DNA of 64,000 nt, from contig CP089275.1 of assembly GCA_023920165.1 (NCBI GenBank), positions 2,914,001 to 2,978,000 on the forward strand. Direction: 5' to 3'. This DNA comes from Curvularia clavata. Its lineage: Eukaryota. Both the position numbers and the translations under genes were made by a program. Positions 24,586 to 36,825 of this stretch are shown in pieces; positions within the stretch are counted from its first letter, which is position 1; each line of letters starts with the position of its first letter. The notes under the pieces are model-generated. The model did not search any database. It was given only the letters and a program-made list of their open reading frames with translations, and was not told where the DNA came from.

Positions 24586-27500
24586 ATGCATAGCTACTCA
24601 CCAGGCATCCCCTCCTCGTTCGACCCCGCCCTTCTCAACTCTGAACTCGAATTCATCCATGACCCGGACCCGTCTCTCTCCCATTCCGACGAATTCGACG
24701 CCATCCAGCAGTGCATAGCCGAAGACACGGTTAAGAAGACCCGCGCGGGAGTTGTCATACAGCATCGCGCCTGGAAGCTTGCAGACATATTTAGAAGCGA
24801 AGGTGAAGGATTGATTGGTAATACTGGCGTAAATATACATTGCGGCCAGTACTAATCTTCCTAGAAACACCCGCAAAGCGCCGCAAGCAGCATCACCCTA
24901 TTGATCCCTCGACTGGCCCATCGACCGAAGGGCCTTTCTTTCCTTCTTCGCCTCCAAATTACGCCATGCCGCTCATATCATCCCCCATCGCATACCCACC
25001 AAGCTCGTCAATGCCGCAGCCGCCGTCACCCAAGAAGAGAAAGCGCCCAGACGATGCACGGGAGACTTTGCAAGATGTACCAAACAACAATACGACTCGC
25101 AAGATTGGTGGGTTCTTGGATGACTCGGACGATGAAGAGGACATTGCAGCACTAAAGGAGCACACTATGAAGAAGAGGGCTGTGAGCAGTATTAAACATC
25201 TTCCAGAAGTCCCTGAGGGCTTTGCCAACTATACACCACCCGCAAGTCAGGACGAATTAGCAGACCCTGAATCAATACCCGTCGAAGAGCTCGATAACTA
25301 CAGTTTTAAGTCCCAGTCACAATCGCCAGTCAAGAGACCGCAAACATCACATGAGTCTAATTCGGCACTGCCTTTGTGCGGCGTGGTCGCACGTAATGCA
25401 GCCGGGAAGGTAATACACATACCAAAAAAGGCCAAGCGCGAAGTTCAGTCATACGAAGAGATAATTGCTGCACGTTCGGAGCCTGTTCAAGGCAAAGCGA
25501 GGACAAGCTATTATGGACTCAACATCCATCAGCTAATAGACGAGGCCAAAGCCCTAGACCAAGAGAAGGCACTGAGCAATTCTATGCAAAACTTGGAGCT
25601 ACCGCACCATTCGGTCGAACAGCCGGCTATCAAAAGTGGAAAGAGCCATCGTACGCTCATGTGGACTGAGAAGTACAGGGCAAAGAAATTCACGGATTTG
25701 GTTGGAGACGAAAGAACACACCGATCGGTGCTGCGTTGGCTAAAGGCTTGGGACCCTATTGTGTTTCCGGGATCTGCTAAAGCAAAGCCGAAGAAAGCAA
25801 AGAATGGATTTGAAGAGGATGAGCAAAGGCATCGCAAGATCTTGCTTTTGACCGGTCCTCCTGGCCTTGGAAAGACTACTCTTGCACATGTATGTGCTCG
25901 ACAAGCGGGTTACGAAGTTCAAGAGATCAATGCTTCCGATGAACGTAGTGGGAATGTTGTCAAAGGCCGTATTCGAGATATGGTCGGCACTGAGAACGTG
26001 CGCGGCGTTAACACCAGCACAGCAAATGGCAAAGTCCGCAAAGCTGGTAAGCCTGTCTGTGTTGTCGTCGATGAGGTAGACGGCGTAGTGGGGAGCGGTG
26101 GTTCGGGGGAAGGTGGCTTTATAAAGGCCTTAATTGATCTAATTCATCTTGACGAGAAGAACTCCAAGGCAGTGGGACAAGGGCAGTCGAGCGCCGGTAC
26201 CAAGAAGAGGAAGGGTGACAAGTTTCGCCTATTGCGGCCGCTCATATTGATTTGCAACGACCTCTATCACCCTTCGCTACGACCACTACGGCAGTCTTCC
26301 CTAGCCGAAATAGTGCACATTCGGAAACCTGGTCTCAACATGGTTGTTTCACGCATGCAGGATATCTTTACCAAGGAAGGCATTCAGTGTGATTCCGACG
26401 GTGTTCGCCGATTATGCGAAGCTACATGGGGTGTAAGCACAAAAAAAGAGGGCGGAACTGGAAGTGGCACTGGTGAAGGAGACATTCGCGGGATCATGGT
26501 TGTAAGCGAGTGGATTGCGGGGCGGTTGCGAGCTACACATGGCTCCAACTCAACCGAGCCACCACATCTGTCACGGAAGTGGATAGAAGAAAATCTTGTC
26601 AACGACTTGAGGCATGGTGGAGGAGCCACTCGTAGCCTGGGACGAGGCGGCGCGAAAGATGTGGTCGACCGTGTCTTCCGTGAAGGCGCTGGCTTTCCCA
26701 AGCAAGCCGAGACAGCTGATCCGGCAACGGCAGCAGCGAGGGCAAAGAGTGGCGTTGTTGGTGTTGCAGAAGCAGCAAAGCGACGTGCTATGGACCGTCT
26801 TAGAGAGATGGTCGATACAAGCGGCGATTGCGACCGCGTTGTGACCGGTAAGTTTGCTTCGGAACCTAAATCAGGCAGTATGTACTAACAAAGGCCAGAC
26901 TGCTTCGCCGCATACCCTGAGAAGCCTTTCCAAGATGACACCTTTCTCAGTAAACCCAACGCAGCTTACGAATGGTTACATTTCCACGATACCCTCAATT
27001 CTGCCGTGCATGGTTCACAGGAATGGGAGCTGGCACCATATCTTTCTAACTCCGTACTAGCATTCCACGATCTGTTCGCCTCGCCCATTCGTTCCTCGGC
27101 AAACCCTTTGACGGATCCAGACACCCAAACAACACCCTTCTCCGGTCCTGGTGCAAGTTTCGCCGCAATGGAGCAGACCAAGGCTAGTAGAGCTCAATTG
27201 ATGGCACTGCAGACAACCTTGAGCTTACCTTTGACCCGCATGTTTCGAAGTCCAGAAGAAATGGCAAAAGAACTAATACCCTACGTCTTGCGCATGTTGT
27301 CGCCGGACGTTAAACCTGTCATAGTCAACACAGGCGCTGCAGGATCAAAGTCGGTTGCCACAGCCTCAGTACGCAAAGCATCAGAGAAAGAGCTAGTAAA
27401 AAAGGCTGTTGATGCCATGGTTGCAACCGGCGTCCGGTTCGAGAAATCCCGAATTGAAACGGAAGATATTACACAAAGAAATACAGGCTTCATTTGGCGC

Positions 27501-27923
27501 ATGGAGCCCGCGCTCGACGTCCTAGCCACCTTCGAGACGCTGGCCAACAAAAAAGATGAGAAAGCACGCTATGCTGTACGCAGCGTTCTCGAGCAAGAAT
27601 GGCGGAAAGAATCTGCAATCCGTGAGCAAGCTAATCGCAAACGCCGTGGCGGTCAAGACGAGCTTGACGACGAACCCGAAGTCGGAAAGAAGGATGAGAT
27701 GACCACAGAAGAAAAGATTGCAGCAGGGAACAAGAAAGCTGTCAAGCGCGATTTCTTCGGGAGAGTGGTTCAAGAGACGACTGCAAGTAAAAAAGAAACG
27801 AAGCATCATGAGCTTGGGGAGATGCAGGGAGATGCGGGGAGGATATGGGTGTCATTCCATGAGGGATTCTCGAACGCAGTGAGAAAGCCTGTTACCATTG
27901 ACGATATCATGAGGGGTTTGTAG
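24586..27923 (+). CDS. CTF18: Chromosome transmission fidelity protein 18 (alternative RFC large subunit), 3 exons
   Basis: Motifs WTEKYRAKKFTDLVGD, Walker A GPPGLGKTT, EINASDERS, Walker B VVDEVDG and RPLILICND, with C-terminal KRDFFGR and WVSFHEGFSNAVRKP. Introns at about 24818-24864 and 26848-26898. Confidence 0.95.
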
Positions 27924-28347
27924 GACGCAGCCCATGTTCAGACCTTTAATTTACAATAGTTAGCGATTGTTGGATTGTGTATACAAATTTTGCCCAGCCT
28001 ACCCCCTGTCGATTTTACGTTCCTGGTTGTAGTCTTACATGTGCTCCCTGGCCGATTGGCTAAGATCCCAGCCATTAGTAGGCACCCACTTCTTCGCCCC
28101 CATACTACGCCTATATAAGCCTGGTAATGGGGTTTGCAGATCAATTGTACGCTAGTGAAGGCTGCAAGGCCCTCATAAGATGCAGTAGCTGCCACACGTG
28201 TATGGCTGTAGAGCCGCAGGATGAAACTATGCTGTAAGCTTACTGCCTCTACTAAACAATATAACCCGGACTCGCAACCCCTCGATTCCACTTTAGCCAT
28301 TGTACCTTGCAACTCTCAATAAAAAGAAGCGAAGGGTTTGTGGCTGC

Positions 28348-29496
28348 ATGAACATGGCGTCGCCATCACTCTATCTTAGTTTCTTCTCCTCTGCATTCTC
28401 CTCCGTCTTCACCCTCTTCTTCGCCCGTCTCTTCAAGCCTCAAACCGTTCCCCAGCGTGACCTCACTGGACAAACAGCTATCGTAACCGGTTCCAACAGC
28501 GGAATCGGGCTATGGATCGCCATCCAATTAGCTAGGCAAGGCGCTGATGTTTGCCTCGCATGTCGGAACCAAGAGAAAGGCGACGCAGCTGTGTCCTTCA
28601 TCCAGTCTCAGCTCAACAACAATAGCAACAGCAGTTCCGGGCAAGTCAATGGAGCAGGTGTCAGACCAGGCAATGTCTTTTGCTGGAAAGTCGACTTCAG
28701 CGATATGGAGAGCGTACATGCCTTTTGCTCGCGATGGAACGCCCAAGGAACCGAAATCGACATGCTGGTACACAACGCTGGCATCGCTGACGCCCCGGTT
28801 GGAGGTCGTCGCTACAACGAAAAAGGCCGCGATGTCGTGTACGTTACGAACGTAATTGGTAGTGTCCTTATGACACACCTGCTCGAGCAGCGGCTCAGTC
28901 GCAACGCTAGAGTCGTATTCACCAGCAGCGGCGGCAGTTACAACGGATTGAATTCATTCTTGCTCCCTAGGCCACCGCGCCTGGATGAAGCAAGCAGAAA
29001 TGTGGTAGTGAGGGTATGGCGCAGTATCAAGAAGGCTCTCGGAATCAAAGACAGCGCAGCAGTGGTGTACGGACAGACGAAGGCGCACCAGATCCTTTTC
29101 GCTGCTCTGCTGCAGAAACACTTTTCTGCTTCGCAAGGCACCAACCGTACCGCTCACGCTTTCGCACCCGGCTTCACGCAAAGCGCCATTTTCAATAAGT
29201 TTGAGATGACTTGGCGTACATGGCTTTATGATCCGGTCTTCTCAATGCTTAGGTTGACGGAGAAACTCGTCGCGACGGATACAGATGAAGGGGCGAAGAC
29301 GGGTGCCTGGCTGGCAGCTTGTGGAAGTGAGAAAGGGGTCGAAGGTGGGAGGTATTGGGAGTGGATGAGGAAGGAAGTGAGTGTTGTGGATTTTTCGAGG
29401 GCGAAAATGGGAGAGGAGGCGTTTATGAAAAAGGCGAAAGACGTTTGGAAGGAGTGGGAGATGGATGCGGGGTGTAAGTGGGACCTTGCAATTTGA
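28348..29496 (+). CDS. Short-chain dehydrogenase/reductase (retinol dehydrogenase/WWOX-like)
   Basis: Motifs TGSNSGIG, LACRN, LVHNAGI, VFTSS and catalytic YGQTK. Start is at 28348 or 28354. Confidence 0.88.
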   Translation: MNMASPSLYLSFFSSAFSSVFTLFFARLFKPQTVPQRDLTGQTAIVTGSNSGIGLWIAIQLARQGADVCLACRNQEKGDAAVSFIQSQLNNNSNSSSGQVNGAGVRPGNVFCWKVDFSDMESVHAFCSRWNAQGTEIDMLVHNAGIADAPVGGRRYNEKGRDVVYVTNVIGSVLMTHLLEQRLSRNARVVFTSSGGSYNGLNSFLLPRPPRLDEASRNVVVRVWRSIKKALGIKDSAAVVYGQTKAHQILFAALLQKHFSASQGTNRTAHAFAPGFTQSAIFNKFEMTWRTWLYDPVFSMLRLTEKLVATDTDEGAKTGAWLAACGSEKGVEGGRYWEWMRKEVSVVDFSRAKMGEEAFMKKAKDVWKEWEMDAGCKWDLAI

Positions 29497-29829
29497 ATGT
29501 TTGGCAAAGGAGGCTGGACGCAGAGTGGTTGTATAAAGTGAGAACCGAGGGAAAGGTCGAGCACGATTGGGGAGTTGGGGCTGCGCAAAGTGCAATCTGT
29601 GGTTTTGTTCACCTTAACGTACAAGCAGTGATATGTTAGTGCTGAGTCATCATGAAATACATCACTAGGAAACTTGGGATGCAAAAGCGAAGGCATAGAA
29701 AAGTAGTTATCATAAGATCTAAAAAATTTCTTACTCAAGCCGAAAAAGTTACACTTGCTGGCGAGCATAAAACTATGAGTCAGTCAGGAGCAGGAGAAAA
29801 TTTGCCAGAGCCTCCTTTCCTGATTTCTT

Positions 29830-31707
29830 CTACTGCCATGTGCTGGTCACACTGGCACTGTTCTGGCACTTGGGCGCGGTGTATGACCTGTTGGGGTCAC
29901 TCTCCCAAGTAACGGTTCCTCCACTGCTGACCTTCACAAACTTGTACTGGATTGTAGACCCAGCCGCCAATGGCAGGGTGATTGTCCAGACTGGGTTGCT
30001 AGATGTGTAGCTGGATGCCGAGAGGGCGGGGCCGGAAGTAGGAGTCCAGTTACCGAGCTGAGCCGTGTTGCCGGTGATTCTGATGGTGTCACCAGGGACG
30101 GTCGTAATGCGGTGGGTGAAAGTAACAGAGACGGAGCTCGGGCACGCGGTAGATGTGCCGGTGGCAGAGGCAGTGGCAGTGCGCGTAGTAAGTGTAGTGC
30201 CAGTAGTGGGTGTAGCGCCGCCAGCAACAAGGACAACAGGCTCACCGTTGGTGGTGGTTAGGCAAACGTTGCCGCTGCCGTCGGCAGTGACCGCCGCACC
30301 ACTCCTGTAGACATCGTTCCATTGACCGTTGGCCCTTTGAGTGTTGAAGCAGTATCGGTTGTTAGAGTTGCTGCCAGAGTTTGAGGTGAGGACAATGAGG
30401 TTGCCACCAGCTCGGCTCCAGGCATAGGCAGTGTCGGCAACGTACAGGTGGACATGGTCGTTACCAGCAAGACCACCGGCTGCCTTCCTTGCGGAAGTCA
30501 ACTTCTGGATGGTTTTGTAAAGGTCAGTGTTGGTGTTGAAGTTGCTGCGCCACAGGTCCTCTCGGTTGGCTGGGTCGTCGCCACCAGCGTAGCCCTGCTC
30601 AGTACCGTAGTACAGGATCGGGATACCACGTGCGAGAATGACATAAGCCAAGGCGTTCTTCAGCAAGACTTGGTCGTTCTTGACGTTCAACCAGCGCTTG
30701 TTGTCGTGGTTATCCAGGAAGGTACCCAACGCTGATGGGTCAGGGAAGAGGTTGCTGACCGTGTTCATCATGTCTACAAGCGCTTGGGATGAGCCCTTCT
30801 GTTGGTAGAAGTTGTTCATCGGATAGTAAACCGCATAGTTCAGAAGACCAGGCATGAGGTTGGCGTAACCAGCTAGGTAGTTTGGGTCTCCATCGAACAC
30901 CTCGCCGATGCAGTAAGCACCTGCTGCGGACGAGAAACCTGGCCAAAAGTCTTTTTCGACGTGCTTTACAGTATCAATGCGGACACCATCGAATTGGTAC
31001 TCCTTTACGAGCCAACCCACCCAAGTGTTCAGCAGGGTGCGGATCTCACTCTTGGAGGTGTTGATATCGGGAAGATTAGCAATTTCGCATGTCTCGACAC
31101 TGTTTTGGTCGTTGTAGTTGATGGCGCAAGGAGTATGGTAGGATGAATTCTGGTCAAGAGGCGAAGGACGGTTAGGCGTGACTGAACCAGGCCCCATGTG
31201 GTTTGCAACCACATCAACCATCATGTACATTCCCTGCAATCAATAAGTAGGTGCGTATTGAGAATGTCAAATTCAGAAATACCTTGGCATGGGCAGCGTT
31301 GACTAGACTCTTCAAGTCATCAGCAGTACCGTAGTTGGAGTTGATTGCGTATAGGTCCTCGGCCCAATAGCCATGGTATCCACTAGCCTTGTCTGCATGT
31401 TGTGTCAGTATCATAGCATCCTTGCAAATCCCATGGTAGACATACTCGAAACGACAGGGGTGATCCAGATAGAATCAAAACCAAGTCCCTTGATGTAGTC
31501 GAGCTTAGACTCAAGGCCCTTAAATGTTCCACCACAGTAGTCTCCAAGATTGCTGCATTGCGAGCCACCGGTGTCACTGCTGCTGCGAGCAATGCGATCA
31601 GTCAGAACGAAGTAGATGCTGCGGGACTTCCATGACGCCGTGTCAGCCGCGGAGACAATGGAAGTGACGTAGAAGAAGAGCGCGGTGATGATGTTGAGCA
31701 GCAACAT
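29830..31707 (-). CDS. Secreted alpha-amylase GH13_1 with C-terminal CBM20, 3 exons
   Basis: Signal peptide. Motifs WKSRSIYFVLTDR, YHGYW, VDVVANH, DGVRIDTVKH, GEVF and FLDNHD. Thr-rich linker, then CBM20 (GNTAQLGNW...YKFVK...WESDPNR). Confidence 0.95.
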
Positions 31708-32589
31708 CTTGAAGAGAGGAGTGCTTCTCAAGGCTGATGCTTGAAGGTCTCTGGAGAGAGATGCTTCCGAAGCAGACGAGGTCGACTGTGAGATTTATAG
31801 ACGTATTATGAGGCTGTGTGTATTGCAAGGCCATCCAAAATCTTGAGCCCACCCCACAATCTCAATGCAAGTTCCGGGTGGCGGTGGTCAGTGTTGCTCG
31901 GTACTTTCGATGCCTGTGCGAGATGATCCACGATAGTAGACGCGCCCGAGAGGGTTAGAGGCGACGCGAAGAACGAGCTTGTTCGCTCGGACCGTCATGA
32001 ACCCATTCAAAAACATGTACCTGAATGATCCATTTACACATGAAGATCTCTCGGACCGAGCGGCAGGCTTTATTGTACCTCGTGGACGTCTGAAACAGAC
32101 TCGCGAATGACAGACGACGGTGCAAGCGCCTGATTGGGAAGCTGGGGAGACGGGAGGGTGGATTACTAGAACATTGGTCCAGTGACATCGGCCGGTCGCG
32201 TGTAGCGTTTTTCACGCGCATTGACTCTAGGGCGACTAGAGGCTGCCCGACTCCCAGGGGGAAATGAGAAGTGTCGCAAAGTCTTGATGACAGTGGCGGC
32301 CTAAGCGAGCTGATGTGCCTCGGGATGGGGTGCTTAGCACCATCGTCTAGAAGGTGGAGTCCCCGCATTTGACGGCAAAACGTGTTTTTTCAATTTAAGG
32401 TGCGGGCCGGGCGACGTTCTCACGTTCTCATGACCTCTTCCCCAGTCTCTCCATGATGACAGGACTGGTAAGCTTACTTTTATGCCGACAGCGATCCAAT
32501 GGCGGCGCGTGGGTGGGCATCGTGACTACGATGAATAGGGGAAGCGGCCGAAGCACGCTACCTTGTTCCATAACGGTGGGTTCAGAGAA

Positions 32590-32693
32590 CGGACGTACTC
32601 CGGTACTCTGTGCCCTATGCGTGTGAGTGCATCTCGCAGACGGCAAAATTCCACGAATCTTCGGTGCTGTACGAGAATGCGGAGCCGGGCAGG
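32590..32693. promoter_or_regulatory. Two AmyR-type sites CGG-N8-(C/A)GG in the amylase/AA13 divergent promoter, with nearby CreA-type SYGGRG motifs
   Basis: CGG-acgtactc-CGG at 32590-32603 and CGG-agccgggc-AGG at 32680-32693. GTGGAG and CCCCGC lie at 32354-32366, and GCGGAG overlaps the second site. Confidence 0.5.
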
Positions 32694-33072
32694 CTAATGC
32701 ATTAACTCGCGGCATTTGGGTAAGCTCGACTAGCGAAACTCGTGGAAATCATCTAGGAGACACGATGTAGTCTTTCAGGACGATATTAATTTGAGTAGCC
32801 ATGTGCTCCACGTTATGTGCCGACTTTAACCCAATCACCGGCTGTACAGAGACGGTATCCATGTGAGACATGACTTGAGTACGACATATCGTCATGTTCG
32901 AAGAGGTTGCTGTAAGTCGATGATCGTGAAGCGGTAGAGGACGAATTCGTATATAACCAGTACACAAATGATCCTTATTGTCATCCGTTGTGCCATTCGA
33001 CCACTCGAGTCTTGGTTCGTTGCAACTTTCTTCTTCCTCACTGGCCCTTCAGAAGAACATATCTTTTTTACC

Positions 33073-34377
33073 ATGCTGTCTAAGATTATACCTCTTCTCG
33101 CACTTGCGGTTAGCGCTGATGCGCACGGCTATCTCACCTCTCCAATGAGCCGGACAGGCTTGAATGCGCAGGTACATAGACAGGCATTCTCGACTGATGA
33201 GTTGGAGACAACAATCTGATAAGCGTTTGCTAAAATCTTCCAGTTTGGAGCCGACACGTGCCCGGAGTGCACCATCCTTGAGCCTGTGACAGCATGGCCC
33301 GACCTCGACGCTGCAGCCGTAGGGCGCTCAGGTCCTTGCGGGTACAACGCTCGCGTATCCGTTGATTACAACCAGCCTGGACCTCGCTGGGGCTCACAGC
33401 CTGTCATTACCTATAACGCAGGCGACGTGGTGGACGTACAGTGGTGTGTCGATGCCAACGGCGACCACGGTGGCATGTTCACCTATCGAATCTGCCAAAA
33501 CCAAGCTCTTGTTGACAAGCTGTTGACCCCTGGTTACCTTCCTACTGAAGCAGAGAAGCAAGCTGCGGAAGATTGCTTTGAAGCTGGAGAGTTGAAATGC
33601 ACTGATGTCCCTGGACAGACATGTGGATTCAACACGGACTGTCAACAAGGTCAGGCTTGCTGGAGGAACGACTGGTTTACATGTAAGTGAACGTCGATCC
33701 TGTAGGCGAGGAACGTGGACTGACACGGGGCAGGCGGTGGCTTCAACGACGGCACGAAATGCAGGGGAGTTGACAATGCAGCCTTGAACTCATGCTATAC
33801 CAGTATCGCAGGTGGATATACGGTCAGCTCGAAGATTAAGATTCCAAACTACACGAGCAACCACACGCTGCTGTCGTTCAAGTGGAACTCGTTTCAGACC
33901 CCGCAGGTATACCTGACATGCGCTGATATCAGAATCAACGGCGGTGGATCAGGCTCACCCCCGCCAACTTCAAGCAAAGCCCCTACGTCCTCGGCGAAGC
34001 CGACTTCGACTTCGATTTCGACTTCGGCTCCGGCGGCTACACCTTCTGGCTGTGCAGTCGCTGTGTCCACGGTATCAGTGACATTCAACTCCAAGACCAC
34101 GACAACGTTTGGTCAGACAGTCAAGATTGTTGGATCGATTGCCCAACTCGGCAGCTGGAATACAGCAAACGCACCTGCGCTGTCTGCGAGCCAATACACC
34201 TCCTCTAACCCACTGTGGTCGACAAAGATTGACCTTCCGGCTGGTACGAGCTTCGAATACAAATTCATCAAGGTCGAAAGCAGTGGTGCGGTGACATACG
34301 AGTCTGGTGCCAACCGCCAGTACACTGTGCCCAAGGGATGTTCAAGTACCGCTACTGTTGACAGCACCTGGAAGTAA
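33073..34377 (+). CDS. Starch-active lytic polysaccharide monooxygenase AA13 with C-terminal CBM20, 3 exons
   Basis: Signal peptide followed by N-terminal His ([14 protein letters not shown]). Motifs [29 protein letters not shown] and [17 protein letters not shown]. Ser/Thr linker, then CBM20. Confidence 0.95.
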
Positions 34378-36026
34378 GGTTCTCCCATGTTTAGCAATAT
34401 AAATGAGGAATTGAGTTTTTATCGTAATCTATCGCATATCCCTTCTGACTTTGGAGACTCGACTCGACCTTAACATGGAAGACCGTGATTGCTTGTACCC
34501 AATCGGCTCCAAACTTGGTGTTTCCTCGTCGTTAAGCATGGTGCCATGAATGCATATACGCATTTGTCTTGCGGGCATGATGTCGGATGATTTCAAAAGA
34601 GTAAAGCGACATGGAAGCTGACTCTTCTCGTTGTGGATATCTGTATGCGGTATAGCGCCGTAATTTTACAATGGATTTCCTATAGCTTGGTGATTTCCGG
34701 AGTGTATTCATGGAAGCTGTACATATCGATCAGAAGGCTGGCGTCTATAAGTCACTGTGACAGGTACGCCAATGAGCGGGGTTTTGTTGGTTGTCTCAGG
34801 TACGATGGCGAGGTGAAGTGCAGAAGTTCTGGGGTAGGTCAAAACACGCTAAACCACAGCCCCGGCTCGCCACGCGTCGCGCTTCTCTGAGCCACGGTCA
34901 TTCGCTCAACAATACGACACTAGGCAATTTTTACGAATCCCTACAACGGCCAAAGCACGAAACGTGGGTAACTTGAGTTCTTTTGAGGGCCGGAACTCGT
35001 CGACTCTTGTGAGTCCAGACTATTGTCTGACCACGGCCTTTCCTTATTAGAGTGGCGCAAAGCGGGGATATGCCTACTACTATCCGAACAAAGGAAAGTT
35101 CAGGTGTCCTGATATGCGCAGTAAGCTGATGGCGAGACCGGATTGCACGGAAGGACAAAGATTCCGAAGCCTATGAGCTGATTGTGGAGTGCGACTGGCC
35201 ACACAGCTTTTCTTTGCAGGAAAAAGTCAACCGGCCCCCAAACGCCATGCGAACGGTGTTCACTAGACAGCGCATAGTCGCTAGTAGTTTCATCGGACAG
35301 CGAGGAACGTCACAGCGAATGCGGAGGTGCACTCGAAATATGCTATTTCTAGTTTAGAGGCAAATGCACTAAGGATTCAATAGTAAAGGTGGCGCTGGAC
35401 GCCGTGTTGACCTTGACAACGCTCTTGAGACAGGTACGGAGAGGCAGGCAGCGGAGCATACAATTTTTCTTATATTGTTGCTAATAACAGGCTATTAACA
35501 GCTGCCAGGCATTCATCAACCCTCAATCCACCCTTCTGCGAGACCATGTAGAGGTGTCGTGTTTGTTGTTCTTGCAATGGCAACCAAAGCACTCTAAGAA
35601 TTGGCAGTAAGCAAAGGCACGCTGCCGAGCCACCACAGTTCCTTTTGCAGAACACGAATATGCACTTGGGAGCGATGGCCTCGTTTTCGGCTTCTCTGGA
35701 TCTTGCGGCTGAAGACCCAGTTCGCCTATCGGGGCGGTCGTAGGATTACGCCTCTCTATTTTGAGGCAAAACTGTTTAACCGCCTCCGCCTTATTGGACA
35801 GCTGCAATGCAAGGTAAGTGCAGCCTCATAAGCAGCATATATTGGCCAGCGTACGAGAACACGAATATTTGGTAGAAGAAACCCCTCTTCCGCCTAGCCT
35901 TCGCAGCGCATCTTTTCCTTCCAAACAATCTTGCCAAACAGTGCATACATACTGCAGTCTTGGCCATCCGACACCCATCCGGTCGTTACCTTCTTCCATA
36001 CCATCCGTGTCCAGGCGATATTCAAA

Positions 36027-36414
36027 ATGCATCTTCCCACTGTTCTTACCGCGCTTCTCTTCACAACTGCCACCCTCGCATCGCCTTATGCGTGGGCTGA
36101 GCCTCAATCGAACGTTCCTTCGAGCGCTAGCAGCCGGAAGCCCAACCGTACCCACCACAGACATGAAAAGACGCCAACCTTCAGACAGCCATGCAAATGC
36201 GCCGATCCCATTGTACCTATGAACTTGCTTGATGAGAACGAGAAATGCATGATGAAGTACGCAGCGGCAATGGGTTGCTACCTGAGTTCTAAGGGCGGAT
36301 GTCCTTCGCCCGCACCAGCTGTAAGTTTACCCGCTCGCAGAAACAGGGATTTAAGCATGTGCTGATTAGTAGCAGTGTGGACTTGGCCCTCTGCCTGGCT
36401 CGCCAATGATGTAG
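36027..36414 (+). CDS. Small secreted cysteine-rich protein (about 110 aa, 6 Cys), 2 exons
   Basis: Signal peptide MHLPTVLTALLFTTATLA. Intron GTAAGT 36321 to CAG 36375. Last exon CGLGPLPGSPMM-TAG. Confidence 0.75.
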
Positions 36415-36825
36415 GATATTGGCAAAAATCAGGGTAGGAGTTCGGTGGTCGCCGCATATACAAAACATTGGCCTATTGTAGCTCTTGTTTTTTTTATTGT
36501 GTGAATGATGGTTCTTGTAATACAGAAAATGGTCACAAACACAAATGAATGGAATGTTTCACGCATTTGATTTGATCGAGTATAAGACGTGATACTACTG
36601 CTAGTGAATATCCGCCTAATTCGAGATCTACCACACCTAGACTGCCAAGAGCAGTCAAGGCTGCACCCAAGTAGACTTCGTCATGGGGCCGCCAATTGAA
36701 GCGTAGGATGCACTGCTAAACACCATTTGCCTTCTTCGCGTATTACCTTTTCGTCGTCCCCATTCTCATTTCAGCTTTCAGAACCTCCCCCCAGCAATCT
36801 CATTCCTCAGTCAACCTTCAGCACC

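Noticed and set aside
24087..24593. 168-aa ORF upstream of CTF18
   Set aside because: It has a GTG start and non-protein-like composition and spans promoter elements. Only its last ATG-initiated 7 codons are kept, as a possible uORF.
21157..29832. Genome-wide reassignment of TAG to a sense codon as the explanation for the in-frame stops
   Set aside because: TAG is the genuine terminator at expected C-termini of the xylosidase, sugar porter, CTF18 and amylase. The interrupted sites also imply different amino acids (Trp in FlbD, Gln in paralog 3).
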